Origin: Mytilus californianus
Taxonomy: Eukaryota
Reading direction: 5' to 3'
DNA: 64,000 bases
NCBI RefSeq assembly: GCF_021869535.1
Contig: NW_026262668.1
Coordinates: 124,001-188,000, forward strand
The translations under genes were made by a program, and so were the position numbers. Shown here piece by piece: positions 63,790-64,000 of the stretch. The notes below the pieces were generated by a model. The model was not told where the DNA came from. It did no database searches and saw only the letters and a program-made list of their open reading frames with translations. Each line of letters starts with the position of its first letter. The stretch's first letter is position 1.

Positions 63790-64000
63790 GACCATTGAGG
63801 ATGCAATTGAACGTCTTTCTAAACATCATGTACGTCACATTAAAGCTTATGACCCTAAAGAAGGCAAAGATAATGAACGCCGTCTGACAGGTTTCCACGA
63901 AACCTCGAGTATACATGACTTTTCTGCTGGTGTAGCAAATCGGGGTGCAAGTATAAGAATTCCACGTCAAGTAGCGGAGGAAGGATGTGGATATTTGGAA
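63790..64000 (+). CDS. GLUL: glutamine synthetase coding exon 5 (truncated by window edge)
   Basis: [31 protein letters not shown]…GYLE. Confidence 0.97.

Overview
AT-rich eukaryotic genomic DNA with GT-AG introns. The interspersed repeat families resemble those I recall from mytilid mussels (Mytilus), but that taxon call is an inference. There are two + strand genes. (1) The 3' part of a CEP350/CAP350 centrosomal protein gene: 28 coding exons from 1091 to 44380, whose splice phases chain into one frame of about 2330 codons. It has a CAP-Gly domain, a conserved C-terminal domain and an IQ motif, and its 5' end lies upstream of the window. (2) A type II glutamine synthetase gene with a probable non-coding first exon and 5 coding exons from 60262, running off the right edge. 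Introns and the intergenic region are packed with non-autonomous elements (Helentron/HINE-like elements with 147-167 bp internal tandem repeats, MITEs, tRNA-derived SINEs), a decayed but terminally intact Ginger-type integrase DNA transposon, and a 5'-truncated LINE. No prokaryote-type system such as CRISPR is present. The most interesting observations are: two exact ATF4-C/EBP amino-acid response elements in GS intron 1; two covarying hairpins in the LINE 3' region; a degenerate minimal hammerhead ribozyme; a chimeric HINE sharing a 93-bp identical tract with a copy 36 kb away; and all nine HINE copies lying in one orientation.
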